DNA from: an uncultured virus (IMG/VR IMGVR_UViG_3300007961_000315)
Lineage: Duplodnaviria > Heunggongvirae > Uroviricota > Caudoviricetes
DNA length: 20,000 bases
IMG/VR virus record: IMGVR_UViG_3300007961_000315
Direction: 5' to 3' (one strand)
A program made the translations under genes and the position numbers. Every line of letters starts with the position of its first letter. The stretch's first letter is position 1. The notes beneath the pieces are model-generated. The model saw only the letters and a program-made list of their open reading frames with translations, had not been told where the DNA came from and searched no databases. Of the stretch, positions 1 through 6,991 are shown piece after piece.

Positions 1-90
1 GCTGGTATAATCGAAATTATCCCTGCTCCACACTGTTTTTCCGTTAAACAGCGTTGTGGTTTGATTCCTGCTTTCTGGTGAAATATCCAT
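1..90 (-). CDS. Hypothetical protein, 5' part only (MDISPESRNQTTTLFNGKTVWSRDNFDYTS..., runs off the window)
   Basis: ATG at 90-88 with AAAGGAG RBS 8 nt upstream; frame open to the window edge; same strand as the leftward operon. Confidence 0.7.
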   Translation of the reverse strand, partial: MDISPESRNQTTTLFNGKTVWSRDNFDYTS

Positions 91-110
91 CTCATAAGCT
101 CCTTTCCATG

Positions 111-158
111 AAAACAAAAAAGGCACCCTGCGAATTCCCTCGTTTCGCAGAATGCGTC
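111..158 (-). terminator. Intra-operon intrinsic terminator-like hairpin
   Basis: Minus strand GCATTCTGCGAA-ACGAGGGAA-TTCGCAGGGTGC then CTTTTTTGTTTT, between two co-oriented genes. Confidence 0.65.
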
Positions 159-182
159 TCTCATCGTTTCGGTTTGGTTCTA

Positions 183-533
183 CTAGTCGTCGGCAACCAT
201 TTCACGGACGATGCCGCTGCGGATATATCTTCGCAGGTCATCTTCCTCAAATGGAATCACATGGATCTCGCCGCATTCGTCGCATTGGACCGTTAGGCTT
301 TCAGGAGTTAGCTGTATTGAGGCGATGATCTCCGCCTCACATGCGAAGCAGTGATCCCAAAAGGCTGACGCCAGGCGGTCGGCGCTGGGCCATTCGCCTA
401 AAATGCTGTTCAGCATCGTACAGCGGCTGCAGAGTGTAGTTCCTGATTCGATTTCTTTGCCGCATGCCTCACAGTGCGATTGTTGACCCGCCTTGGTACA
501 TTCTTCATCAAAGGGTCTTAAAACATGACTCAT
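183..533 (-). CDS. Hypothetical zinc-finger-like protein (116 aa, four CxxC motifs)
   Basis: CEAC, CSRC, CFAC, CDEC; ATGA overlap with the upstream stop; GAGGA RBS. Confidence 0.75.
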   Translation of the reverse strand: MSHVLRPFDEECTKAGQQSHCEACGKEIESGTTLCSRCTMLNSILGEWPSADRLASAFWDHCFACEAEIIASIQLTPESLTVQCDECGEIHVIPFEEDDLRRYIRSGIVREMVADD

Positions 534-1540
534 AAAACATCCTCTTTTCCTTTTTCTTGCTGATGTAGCTTTTCTTGCCGGCGCAGCTTTGCCAACTGGC
601 GTTTTTCTTTTCGTTGGCGTTTTTCCATCTGTGCCTGCTTTTCCAGATCGCTTGTATGGACGACCTCATATCCTTCCGCAATATCGGCCAAGTCCTGCAG
701 CAGGTCGCGGTGTTCCCGACATTCGATCCGTACATTACGTACCGCCATGGTGAATTCAAAAGCCTCATATTCCCCGAAACCTTCTTTGCCATGCACATCG
801 CTGAAAAACCGGTCTCGACGGTCTGCGAAAGTCATTTTCGGCCTGAATTCCTTCTCGCCGTATACCTTCAGCCAGATTTCCGCATCGGTGCGGGCAATGC
901 CCTTTTTGAAACGGCGCACGCCTTTCTCCAGCTTCTTTTCTTCCGTAACAGAACCGCCTTTTGTTCGGCGCCAGAGCCGGAGTATGTCATAATAGATATT
1001 GACTCTCTGCAAATTGCGCTCTTTTCGGGTGATGGCACAGACTTCATTTTGGCAGCCAAATTGGATGCATTTCTCAACGTCGTAGCGCGGGACATATTTC
1101 CGGCTCTTCCGGTCCCATTCCATACAGGAACAGTACCCAAATTCAGCTACTTGCTTCTGCCATGCCTGGGATTGGATTTTATCCCATCTGCCCCAGAGCT
1201 TTTCAACGCTGACGGAATAATCGTAATGCCGGACGATTTGATGGAAGGCGCAGTTGGCGCCCATCAATTTGGTGTCCAGCCGGTACTCGCAGGGCACCTC
1301 ATCAAAATATGGGCATCCAAACAGGGGATTGTCATTTTCCGGGCAGTGGGTGACGCCGTTCTGAGAACAGTTGTTATATCCGCAGCCTTGTTTAATCAGG
1401 CCGCAGGGAGCTTCCCAAATCATCTCCCTGAGTGCGGCGGCGGTATACTCAAAATCATTCCAGTTGCTCCACGTCACATAATCGGGATGGTGTTCCCGGG
1501 TAAAGCCTTCCGCAAATAATCGCTTTGTCAAATCGTTCAT
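530..1540 (-). CDS. Cys-rich hypothetical protein (~336 aa) with charged coiled-coil C-terminus
   Basis: Long ORF; start placed at MNDLTK (1540) because it forms an ATGA overlap with the stop of 1537..1722; many Cys; K/R/E/Q-rich tail. Confidence 0.8.
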   Translation of the reverse strand: MNDLTKRLFAEGFTREHHPDYVTWSNWNDFEYTAAALREMIWEAPCGLIKQGCGYNNCSQNGVTHCPENDNPLFGCPYFDEVPCEYRLDTKLMGANCAFHQIVRHYDYSVSVEKLWGRWDKIQSQAWQKQVAEFGYCSCMEWDRKSRKYVPRYDVEKCIQFGCQNEVCAITRKERNLQRVNIYYDILRLWRRTKGGSVTEEKKLEKGVRRFKKGIARTDAEIWLKVYGEKEFRPKMTFADRRDRFFSDVHGKEGFGEYEAFEFTMAVRNVRIECREHRDLLQDLADIAEGYEVVHTSDLEKQAQMEKRQRKEKRQLAKLRRQEKLHQQEKGKEDVL

Positions 1541-1722
1541 TGGAATAAACAGGGCCGTTTGCCCTTTACCCAAAGCATCTGCTCGTTGAGGTCTTCCACG
1601 TTTTGGTCGTATTCCTCAGCGATGCATTTGATGCAGAGGGGGAACTTATATGCCAGTACCTTTGACACCTGCCGGTCCCATGCAGTCAACGGCGTACCGC
1701 AGGCGGCACAGACGTTTTCCAT
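1537..1722 (-). CDS. Small zinc-finger-like hypothetical protein (61 aa)
   Basis: CAAC...CIKC; AAGGAG RBS inside the upstream gene; tight operon packing. Confidence 0.75.
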   Translation of the reverse strand: MENVCAACGTPLTAWDRQVSKVLAYKFPLCIKCIAEEYDQNVEDLNEQMLWVKGKRPCLFQ

Positions 1723-1723
1723 G

Positions 1724-1912
1724 TTACATTTTCTCCTTCTCTATGCGTAATCTGTGCGGGATCTCCGATTTCAACGCTCTTGTGCGTTCAGACCATCTTT
1801 TTTCTAAAATATCGTCATAGCGGGCGGCTTTTGTTTGTTCCGCTGTTGCCGCATCAAGCAGCTTCAACAGGGCTGCGGTAGGGATTTCGTTCAAAGGGCA
1901 CTGATGATTCAT
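1724..1912 (-). CDS. Hypothetical protein (62 aa)
   Basis: GGAGG RBS and ATGA overlap with the DUF4313-like gene. Confidence 0.7.
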   Translation of the reverse strand: MNHQCPLNEIPTAALLKLLDAATAEQTKAARYDDILEKRWSERTRALKSEIPHRLRIEKEKM

Positions 1913-2322
1913 GCCGCCTCCGTGTCAAGAGTTTTCTCTTTGTTGTCCTCTTTTGCCAGTTCTTTGCGATCATGGAGATACCCCTCATAGCCAATGGGAT
2001 CAAGCTCTCGCAGCAGTGCCTCCTCAAAGCGGTACTCCGGATATTTGCAATAGCCGCTGTACTCATATCGCCCTGTGGGTACGGCCAGGTTATGCTGCGC
2101 GATCCATTCGAGGATATCTTCGCCGTTTCCATTGGTGTCGATAAAGGCACAATTGAGCGGCGGGATCGCATCGAGATTGACGGTTAAGTAAGACCAGGGC
2201 TCTGCTATGCCATCCTCGTGGCTGATCATCTGGATTGCGAGGCCGCCGCCATACAAATAAACGGAAATCTTCAGTTGGATGGGCCAGGTAGAACCGTACT
2301 TTTTCAGATCAAAGGTCTTCAT
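1909..2322 (-). CDS. DUF4313-like protein
   Basis: Motifs EPWSYLTVNL, CAFIDTN, TGRYEYSGYCKYPEYRF resemble DUF4313 proteins of Clostridial mobile elements; start placed at MKTFDL after GAGGAG. Confidence 0.75.
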   Translation of the reverse strand: MKTFDLKKYGSTWPIQLKISVYLYGGGLAIQMISHEDGIAEPWSYLTVNLDAIPPLNCAFIDTNGNGEDILEWIAQHNLAVPTGRYEYSGYCKYPEYRFEEALLRELDPIGYEGYLHDRKELAKEDNKEKTLDTEAA

Positions 2323-2342
2323 CGATGGTTTGTGCTCCTCTC

Positions 2343-2627
2343 TCAAACAGCTTTTTTCAGGTATTGCTTTGCGTGGGTCAAACACTCCCTTTCAGTGTCA
2401 CAGGCGGATGCTATGGTGATGCCACGGCATTTCGCCAGCCAGAAGGCTTTTGTTTCCTCCATTACAAAGGCGTAATAGCAGAGCAGCTCCACTGCTTGTC
2501 CTTCGACGCATGCTGTTTCTCTGATTTCCGGTTGGGAAAACAGCTGCTTTTCTTCCATTACGCGGCACTCTCCTTTGGACAAACCGGGTGTTCCTCTGCG
2601 CTTTTTTGCCGCATGAGTTCCATGCAT
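2343..2627 (-). CDS. Hypothetical protein (94 aa; alternative start MEEKQL at 2558)
   Basis: TAATG coupling with the upstream ORF at 2627; a second ATG at 2558 has an AAAGGAG RBS. Confidence 0.6.
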   Translation of the reverse strand: MHGTHAAKKRRGTPGLSKGECRVMEEKQLFSQPEIRETACVEGQAVELLCYYAFVMEETKAFWLAKCRGITIASACDTERECLTHAKQYLKKAV

Positions 2628-2800
2628 TAGGCCCCCTTATCCAGGTCAAGCGGTTCTTTCATCAGCTCCTGCATCCAAGCAGGCGGCTTTTTGGTGTTGT
2701 GCAGGTCGTCCCGAAAAATAATTGCTTCGCGTTCGATCCCATTGGCATCAATAAATTTGATTACCTGCCGGCGCTCCCGGTTTACCTTTTTCAGTCTCAT
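2627..2800 (-). CDS. Small hypothetical protein, first gene of the leftward operon (57 aa, MRLKKVNRERRQVIKFIDANG...DKGA); not in the ORF track
   Basis: Manual translation; GAAAGGAAG RBS upstream of the ATG at 2800; TAA at 2629-2627. Confidence 0.65.
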   Translation of the reverse strand: MRLKKVNRERRQVIKFIDANGIEREAIIFRDDLHNTKKPPAWMQELMKEPLDLDKGA

Positions 2801-2833
2801 GTCTCAACTTCCTTTCACTTTGGTTTTATATGC

Positions 2834-2866
2834 AAAAAGAAGCGGGAGCCGTTCGGTCCCTGCTTC
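2834..2866 (-). terminator. Second terminator-like hairpin in the leader of the leftward operon
   Basis: Minus strand GAAGCAGGGACCG-AA-CGGCTCCCGCTTC followed by TTTTT. Confidence 0.55.
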
Positions 2867-2897
2867 CAATTACCATCGCGATTCATCTTTTCACAAC

Positions 2898-3000
2898 AAA
2901 AAAGGCGCAGTACGCCCATAATGGGGGTACTGCGCCAAGAAAATCATTTCAAGCAGCGACGAAGCTGCCAACAAGCAAACTCTTCGAAGAGTTCAAAAAA
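2898..3000 (-). repeat. Conserved 103-bp operon-leader element, copy 1 (palindrome + hairpin + terminator)
   Basis: Reverse complement matches 8415-8517 at 100 of 103 positions by manual alignment. Confidence 0.95.
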
Positions 3001-3012
3001 TATCGTAAATAT

Positions 3013-3041
3013 AGTATAGCCTGACAGCAGGTGGTTGTCAA
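3013..3041 (-). promoter_or_regulatory. Sigma-A promoter of the leftward operon
   Basis: TTGACA (3041-3036), 17-bp spacer, TATACT (3018-3013). Confidence 0.85.
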
Positions 3042-3107
3042 GCTGGGGGGCTCCGCCTTTGGATGATAAGTACAAAGATCATCTTCTGGCTGGGGATGCT
3101 ATTCCCA

Positions 3108-3136
3108 TTGCAGTTGCAAAAACTATATGGTATACT
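3108..3136 (+). promoter_or_regulatory. Probable promoter of the fic gene
   Basis: TTGCAG-17 bp-TATACT with a TGn extended -10. Confidence 0.6.
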
Positions 3137-3176
3137 GATACTAATTGATACTATAAATTATCAAAGGCGGTGTGCC

Positions 3177-4346
3177 ATGAACGCAAAAGACCTCGCAAAG
3201 ATGATAAACGACAAGCATTTTTTTGATCTCAAGAAGATGCAATATAAGTATTCGAATGAAAGTGTTGCCGAGATGCTGGATGCACTGGTGGCAATGAGCT
3301 ATAACGAACTTCCTATTCGGGATTTTGCAGGGGTTTCCTGCGTTTACCTGCCTGCCCAGAGTATGATTTCTACTGGCGTGGTGAAGAAGTTGCTGGCGGC
3401 AAATACCTCCAAGGAGATGTTTGGTCGAAAGGCGATGGAGGAGGAGATCAACTCCACCCTGCAGATCGAAAATATCCAGTCCAACCGGGAGAGCGTCCGT
3501 AGGATCATGCAGGGCTATGCCCCCGCCAATGAGGAAGAAAACCGCATCCTGGGCATGAAAAAGGCGATCGAGTTTATCGGTGACCCGGCAAATAAGATCA
3601 CCGAAGAAAATCTGCATAAGCTCTATATGCTTTCGGTTGGCGCCTATCTGGAGGGCGAGGACGGACTTTCCGAGGGCAGTTTTTATCGTGATGACTCCGT
3701 TTTCGTCATCGGTGATAAGCCGTATCATCAGGGCCTGCCTGCAAAACTGTTGCCGGAATACATGGCGCAGCTGATTGATTTTGCCAATCAGAAGGACGAC
3801 ATCCCGGAGCTAGCTAAAGCGTGTATTCTACATTTTTATATCGCCTATCTGCACCTCTACTTTGACGGTAACGGCAGAACTGCCCGAAATGTGCAGATGT
3901 GGTATCTTGTGCAGCAGGGCTTTTCCTCGACCTTATTCTATGCCTTTTCCAAGTATATCAACGCCTCGAAAAATGAATATTATGACAGCTTCCTCGCTAT
4001 CGAAGAGAATTACAAAATCAGTGGACTGATCGATGTGACGCCATTTATTCGGTACTTCAAAGAGAATGTGTACGACAAGATCAGTGTAGCGGGGGATGAG
4101 GTGGCGGTTTCGCAGATCTTTACACAGGCGATGCGGGAGGGCAGAATCACCGAGAAAGAGCGTGACCTGTGGAATTTTGTCCTCTCTGCCTATGGAGATG
4201 CTGAGTTTTCGACCAAGCGACTAGAGAAGGACTTCGGCAACGCGGCATACGCGACGATCCGCAGCTTTGTGCTGAAGTTCGAGGAGCTGGACTTGCTGGA
4301 AGGGCAAAAGGTTGGAAATAAGGTGAAGTATCGGGTGAGAGGTTGA
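3177..4346 (+). CDS. fic: Fic-domain protein, class II (N-terminal inhibitory motif), probable C-terminal winged helix
   Basis: HLYFDGNGRTAR matches HxFxDGNGRxxR-type motif; TLQIEN matches (S/T)xxxE(G/N); start placed at MNAKDL after AAAGGCGGTG. Confidence 0.9.
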   Translation: MNAKDLAKMINDKHFFDLKKMQYKYSNESVAEMLDALVAMSYNELPIRDFAGVSCVYLPAQSMISTGVVKKLLAANTSKEMFGRKAMEEEINSTLQIENIQSNRESVRRIMQGYAPANEEENRILGMKKAIEFIGDPANKITEENLHKLYMLSVGAYLEGEDGLSEGSFYRDDSVFVIGDKPYHQGLPAKLLPEYMAQLIDFANQKDDIPELAKACILHFYIAYLHLYFDGNGRTARNVQMWYLVQQGFSSTLFYAFSKYINASKNEYYDSFLAIEENYKISGLIDVTPFIRYFKENVYDKISVAGDEVAVSQIFTQAMREGRITEKERDLWNFVLSAYGDAEFSTKRLEKDFGNAAYATIRSFVLKFEELDLLEGQKVGNKVKYRVRG

Positions 4347-4378
4347 CATACTCAAAGAGGAGGAGCAATATAAAAAAT

Positions 4379-4505
4379 ATGTGTTATATGGTTGCTTACG
4401 CTGATGCCGATGGCAGAGGTTTCGGGATACTACCATTTATCGAAGATTCGTTCGGCTGCAAAGAAGAAGCCTTGCAAAAGAGTCGCCTTATGGCTGGTTG
4501 GGGCT
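4379..4505 (+). pseudogene. Small gene (MCYMVAYADADGRGFG...LMAGWG) cut by the IS right end
   Basis: GAGGAGGAG upstream of the ATG; frame runs into the IS end at 4506. Confidence 0.5.
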
Positions 4506-4700
4506 TTGACACTCCCCACGCCTAAAGGCGGGGGATTCTCGGTTCAGCGACCGTAGCCCGCAATATGCAAGGACTTACATAGTCTTCCCGAGCGTTAGGT
4601 TCGGGCGTGTCCCGCCCTACCGTATGCACCAACTACGCCAGTAGGCGCAGCCCTTCATTCAGGATGTTTTTTGCGGCGTTGCGGTCTCTGTCGTGAACAG
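4506..4700 (-). ncRNA. Predicted TnpB omega/reRNA scaffold; the guide would be the flank AGCCCCAACCAGCCATAAGG (4505-4486)
   Basis: Structured region from the tnpB 3' end to the terminal TCAA; established TnpB biology. The 5' boundary is approximate. Confidence 0.65.
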
Positions 4701-5745
4701 CGCCGCACTCCGGGCAAGTCCACTCTCTGACGCTGAGGTCTTTTGTACCCGGCCACTGCGCACCGCAAGCGGAGCATAGCTGAGAGGACGGAAAGAAGCA
4801 GTCTATCGTCACTACCTGCTTCCCATACCATCCGGCTTTGTACTCCAACTGCCGCCGGAACTCGCCCCACGATGCGTTTGAAATGGACTTGGCCAATCTG
4901 TGGTTTTTTACCATGTTTTTCGGGGCTAAATCCTCCACGCAGATCACATCGTTCTGCCGGATGATTTCCGTAGACAGCTTGTGTATCATGTCCTGCCGCT
5001 GGTTAGCGATGTGCTCATGGAGCCGCGCTACCTGAAGCCTCACCTTTTCCCGGCGGTTGCTCCCCTTTGTCTTTCGGGAGAGCTGCCGCTGGAAACGGGC
5101 CAGCTTCTTCTCAGACTTGGCAAGGTATTTGTGGTTTGGATGCTCTACTCCATCGGAAGTGACTGCAAATGTCTTGATCCCCATGTCGAGCCCCACAGCC
5201 GTTCCGGTGGAGGGCAGGTGCGCAATGTCCACATCCGTACAGCACAGGGCGACGAAGTATTTCCCGCTGGGATTCTGCGACACTGTGGCGGACAGGATAC
5301 GGCCTTTGACCTCTTTGGAGATCCGGCATTTCACCTTTCCCAGCTTCGGGAGCTGTACGGATTTATCTAGCACCTTGATGTTCGTCCCCACGCATTTGCT
5401 CTTGTAGCTCTGCCGGTGGTCGCGCTTGCTATTGAACCGGGGGTAGCCGGGCTTCTCGCCCTGTTTAACACGCCGAAAAAAATTCTGGAAGGCTGTATCC
5501 AGGTCGCGCAGAGATGATTGAAGAGCAGTAGCATCCACCTCGCGCAGCCATTCCAGAGACTTCTTAAGCTGGGTCATATCCCCGGCGCAATCGTAGTAGT
5601 TGAATGTTCTGCCGTTCTGCTCATAGTCTTCTTTGCGCTTGGAGAGATAGTAGTTGAACACATACCGGCAGCAGCCGAAGGTCTTATGTATTTGATGCAC
5701 CTGCGCTGCATTGGGATAGATGCGGAATTTATAGCTGTATTCCAT
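4633..5745 (-). CDS. tnpB: RNA-guided endonuclease TnpB (370 aa)
   Basis: N-terminal [17 protein letters not shown]; RuvC residues GLDMG, VEDL, DRDRNAA; zinc finger CSAC...CPEC; catalytic triad appears intact. Confidence 0.97.
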   Translation of the reverse strand: MEYSYKFRIYPNAAQVHQIHKTFGCCRYVFNYYLSKRKEDYEQNGRTFNYYDCAGDMTQLKKSLEWLREVDATALQSSLRDLDTAFQNFFRRVKQGEKPGYPRFNSKRDHRQSYKSKCVGTNIKVLDKSVQLPKLGKVKCRISKEVKGRILSATVSQNPSGKYFVALCCTDVDIAHLPSTGTAVGLDMGIKTFAVTSDGVEHPNHKYLAKSEKKLARFQRQLSRKTKGSNRREKVRLQVARLHEHIANQRQDMIHKLSTEIIRQNDVICVEDLAPKNMVKNHRLAKSISNASWGEFRRQLEYKAGWYGKQVVTIDCFFPSSQLCSACGAQWPGTKDLSVREWTCPECGAVHDRDRNAAKNILNEGLRLLA

Positions 5746-5754
5746 CTTCCCACC

Positions 5755-6147
5755 TCACACATTCTTCTGGTTTTCAATGTATTGCTTGATGACCGATAAA
5801 GGAGCTCCACCGACGGTAGACACAAAATATGAGTTTGTCCACAACGACGGCAGACGGGAGTTCAGCCACGCAAATTCCTGACGCAGCACCCTTGATGTTC
5901 GGCCTTTTATTTGCTTGATAGCTTTATGGACGCCGAATTGTGGGTTTACTTCCATCAGCAAATGCACATGGTCTGGCATGACTTCCATCTCAATGATGTC
6001 GATGCGGTATTCACGGCTAATTTCCTCTATGAGTTCCTTTAACCGTATATCAACACCATCGACCAAGACCTTACGGCGGTATTTTGGACACCATACCACA
6101 TGATATTTGCAGGAGTACACCACATTGTTATTGCTTTTATATTCCAT
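5755..6147 (-). CDS. tnpA: IS200/IS605 Y1 (HUH) transposase
   Basis: YHVVWCPKYRR, DHVHLL (HUH), LWTNSYF, KQYIENQ (catalytic Tyr). Confidence 0.97.
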   Translation of the reverse strand: MEYKSNNNVVYSCKYHVVWCPKYRRKVLVDGVDIRLKELIEEISREYRIDIIEMEVMPDHVHLLMEVNPQFGVHKAIKQIKGRTSRVLRQEFAWLNSRLPSLWTNSYFVSTVGGAPLSVIKQYIENQKNV

Positions 6148-6153
6148 AGAAAT

Positions 6154-6182
6154 ATTATACTACTGTTCGCCATCTAATGCAA
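6154..6182 (-). promoter_or_regulatory. tnpA promoter, probably giving a leaderless mRNA
   Basis: TTGCAT-17 bp-TATAAT, 6 nt before the ATG; no RBS. Confidence 0.7.
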
Positions 6183-6261
6183 GACGATATCCTGTTAACG
6201 GGGGGAGCAAGGTGTGGCTTATATCCCCATAGCTAAAGCAAGGGGTTTTACGCCACGTGTG

Positions 6262-6402
6262 ATAAATGGCCCGTTCCACTTCATCGACGAAGTGCTCCGC
6301 CACTATGGGATTTTCTAAACGATGCGTGATATAATCCACAATCCCATTCAAATCCTTTTCAAATAATGGAAGAAAGGAAAGGCTATATCGCTTAGTGTTC
6401 AC
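6262..6402 (-). pseudogene. RelE/ParE-family toxin, N-terminal half only, cut by the IS left end
   Basis: YSLSFLPLFEKDLNGIVDYI...NPIVAEHFVDEVERAIY is a typical ParE-like N-terminus; it follows a Phd antitoxin; sequence after ...AIY is IS DNA. Confidence 0.85.
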
Positions 6403-6414
6403 GGATGCGCTTCC

Positions 6415-6651
6415 TCACTCTCGCAAAGACTTCCCCTCGGAGGATCGGATTTCAGAAAGTGAAGCAGCGCGATCTGCTTCGTCCAGTTTAAGTTCCAGCT
6501 CATCGGTCAAAGCGGAATACTGCTCCAGGCTCATCACCACCATAGAGCCATATCCATTCTTGGTCAAAAAGACTGGCTCACCGGTGTTCAAAACAACTTC
6601 TTCGATTTCCGGGAATTTGTTGCGCAAATCGGATACAGGACGAATCGTCAT
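6415..6651 (-). CDS. Phd/YefM-family antitoxin, probably frameshifted near the C-terminus
   Basis: IRPVSDLRN...EPVFLTKNGYGSMVVMSLEQY; the alternate frame continues EVFARVRKRIREH* to 6392, overlapping the toxin start. Confidence 0.88.
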   Translation of the reverse strand: MTIRPVSDLRNKFPEIEEVVLNTGEPVFLTKNGYGSMVVMSLEQYSALTDELELKLDEADRAASLSEIRSSEGKSLRE

Positions 6652-6674
6652 AGTAACACCCCACTTTTAATTTA

Positions 6675-6718
6675 TATCATTATTTTATCATTATTTTATC
6701 ATGATATTATCAAAATAT
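6675..6718. repeat. Four tandem 11-bp repeats (TATCATTATTT x2, TATCATGATAT, TATCAAAATAT)
   Basis: TATCA at 6675, 6686, 6697 and 6708, between the divergent antitoxin and resolvase starts. Confidence 0.85.
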
Positions 6719-6743
6719 CGATATTTGCAAAGGCGGTAAGGGG

Positions 6744-6915
6744 TTGAAAATCGGATAAGTACCCAAGAGCAGAACACCATCCGCCAAACGGCGCTGATGG
6801 AATCTCTTGGCGTGGATGAGGTCTATATTGACAAGACGAACGAGAAAAACACCGACCGGAGCTTCAAGGGATGATGGAATATGTCAGGTTGGGCGATACT
6901 GTAATTGTAGAATCA
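6744..6915 (+). pseudogene. Serine recombinase (resolvase/invertase) remnant, frameshifted and truncated
   Basis: Spliced manual translation MKIG/ISTQEQNTIRQTALMESLGVDEVYIDKTNEKNTDR/ELQGMMEYVRLGDTVIVES resembles the resolvase catalytic N-terminus (R-x-S-T, GDTVIV); not in the ORF track. Confidence 0.8.
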
Positions 6916-6918
6916 AAA

Positions 6919-6973
6919 AAGTTTATGCTATCAATAGCATAAACTTGAATAAATCGTCTTTTTGTGCTACACT
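6919..6973 (+). promoter_or_regulatory. Promoter of the ATPase gene with an overlapping 12-bp-arm palindrome
   Basis: AAGTTTATGCTA-TCAA-TAGCATAAACTT (6919-6946); TTGAAT-17 bp-TACACT with TG extension. Confidence 0.65.
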
Positions 6974-6991
6974 TCAAGCAGAGGTGATATG

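Larger units (their letters stand above)
4506..6261 (-). mobile_element. IS200/IS605-family element (tnpA + tnpB)
   Basis: Left-end hairpin CCCCTTGCTTTAGCTATGGGG preceded by TTTAT (6266-6262); right-end hairpin CCCCCGCCTTTAGGCGTGGGG ending in TCAA (4509-4506); tandem tnpA-tnpB. Confidence 0.93.

Noticed and set aside
575..1519. 314-aa plus-strand ORF
   Set aside because: Antisense shadow of the coupled minus-strand gene; no RBS or recognisable motifs.
2588..3019. 143-aa plus-strand ORF across the leader repeat
   Set aside because: Antisense to the operon and spans terminators; the repeat is better explained as non-coding.
3063..3176. N-terminal extension of Fic in the ORF track
   Set aside because: Overlaps the likely promoter; the better RBS precedes the ATG at 3177.
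4221..4436. Minus-strand ORF as the missing ParE C-terminus
   Set aside because: The rejoined toxin frame stops after five codons and this ORF lacks convincing ParE C-terminal motifs.
6160..6261. C-terminal part of the 80-aa toxin ORF
   Set aside because: Read-through into the IS left end, not toxin sequence.
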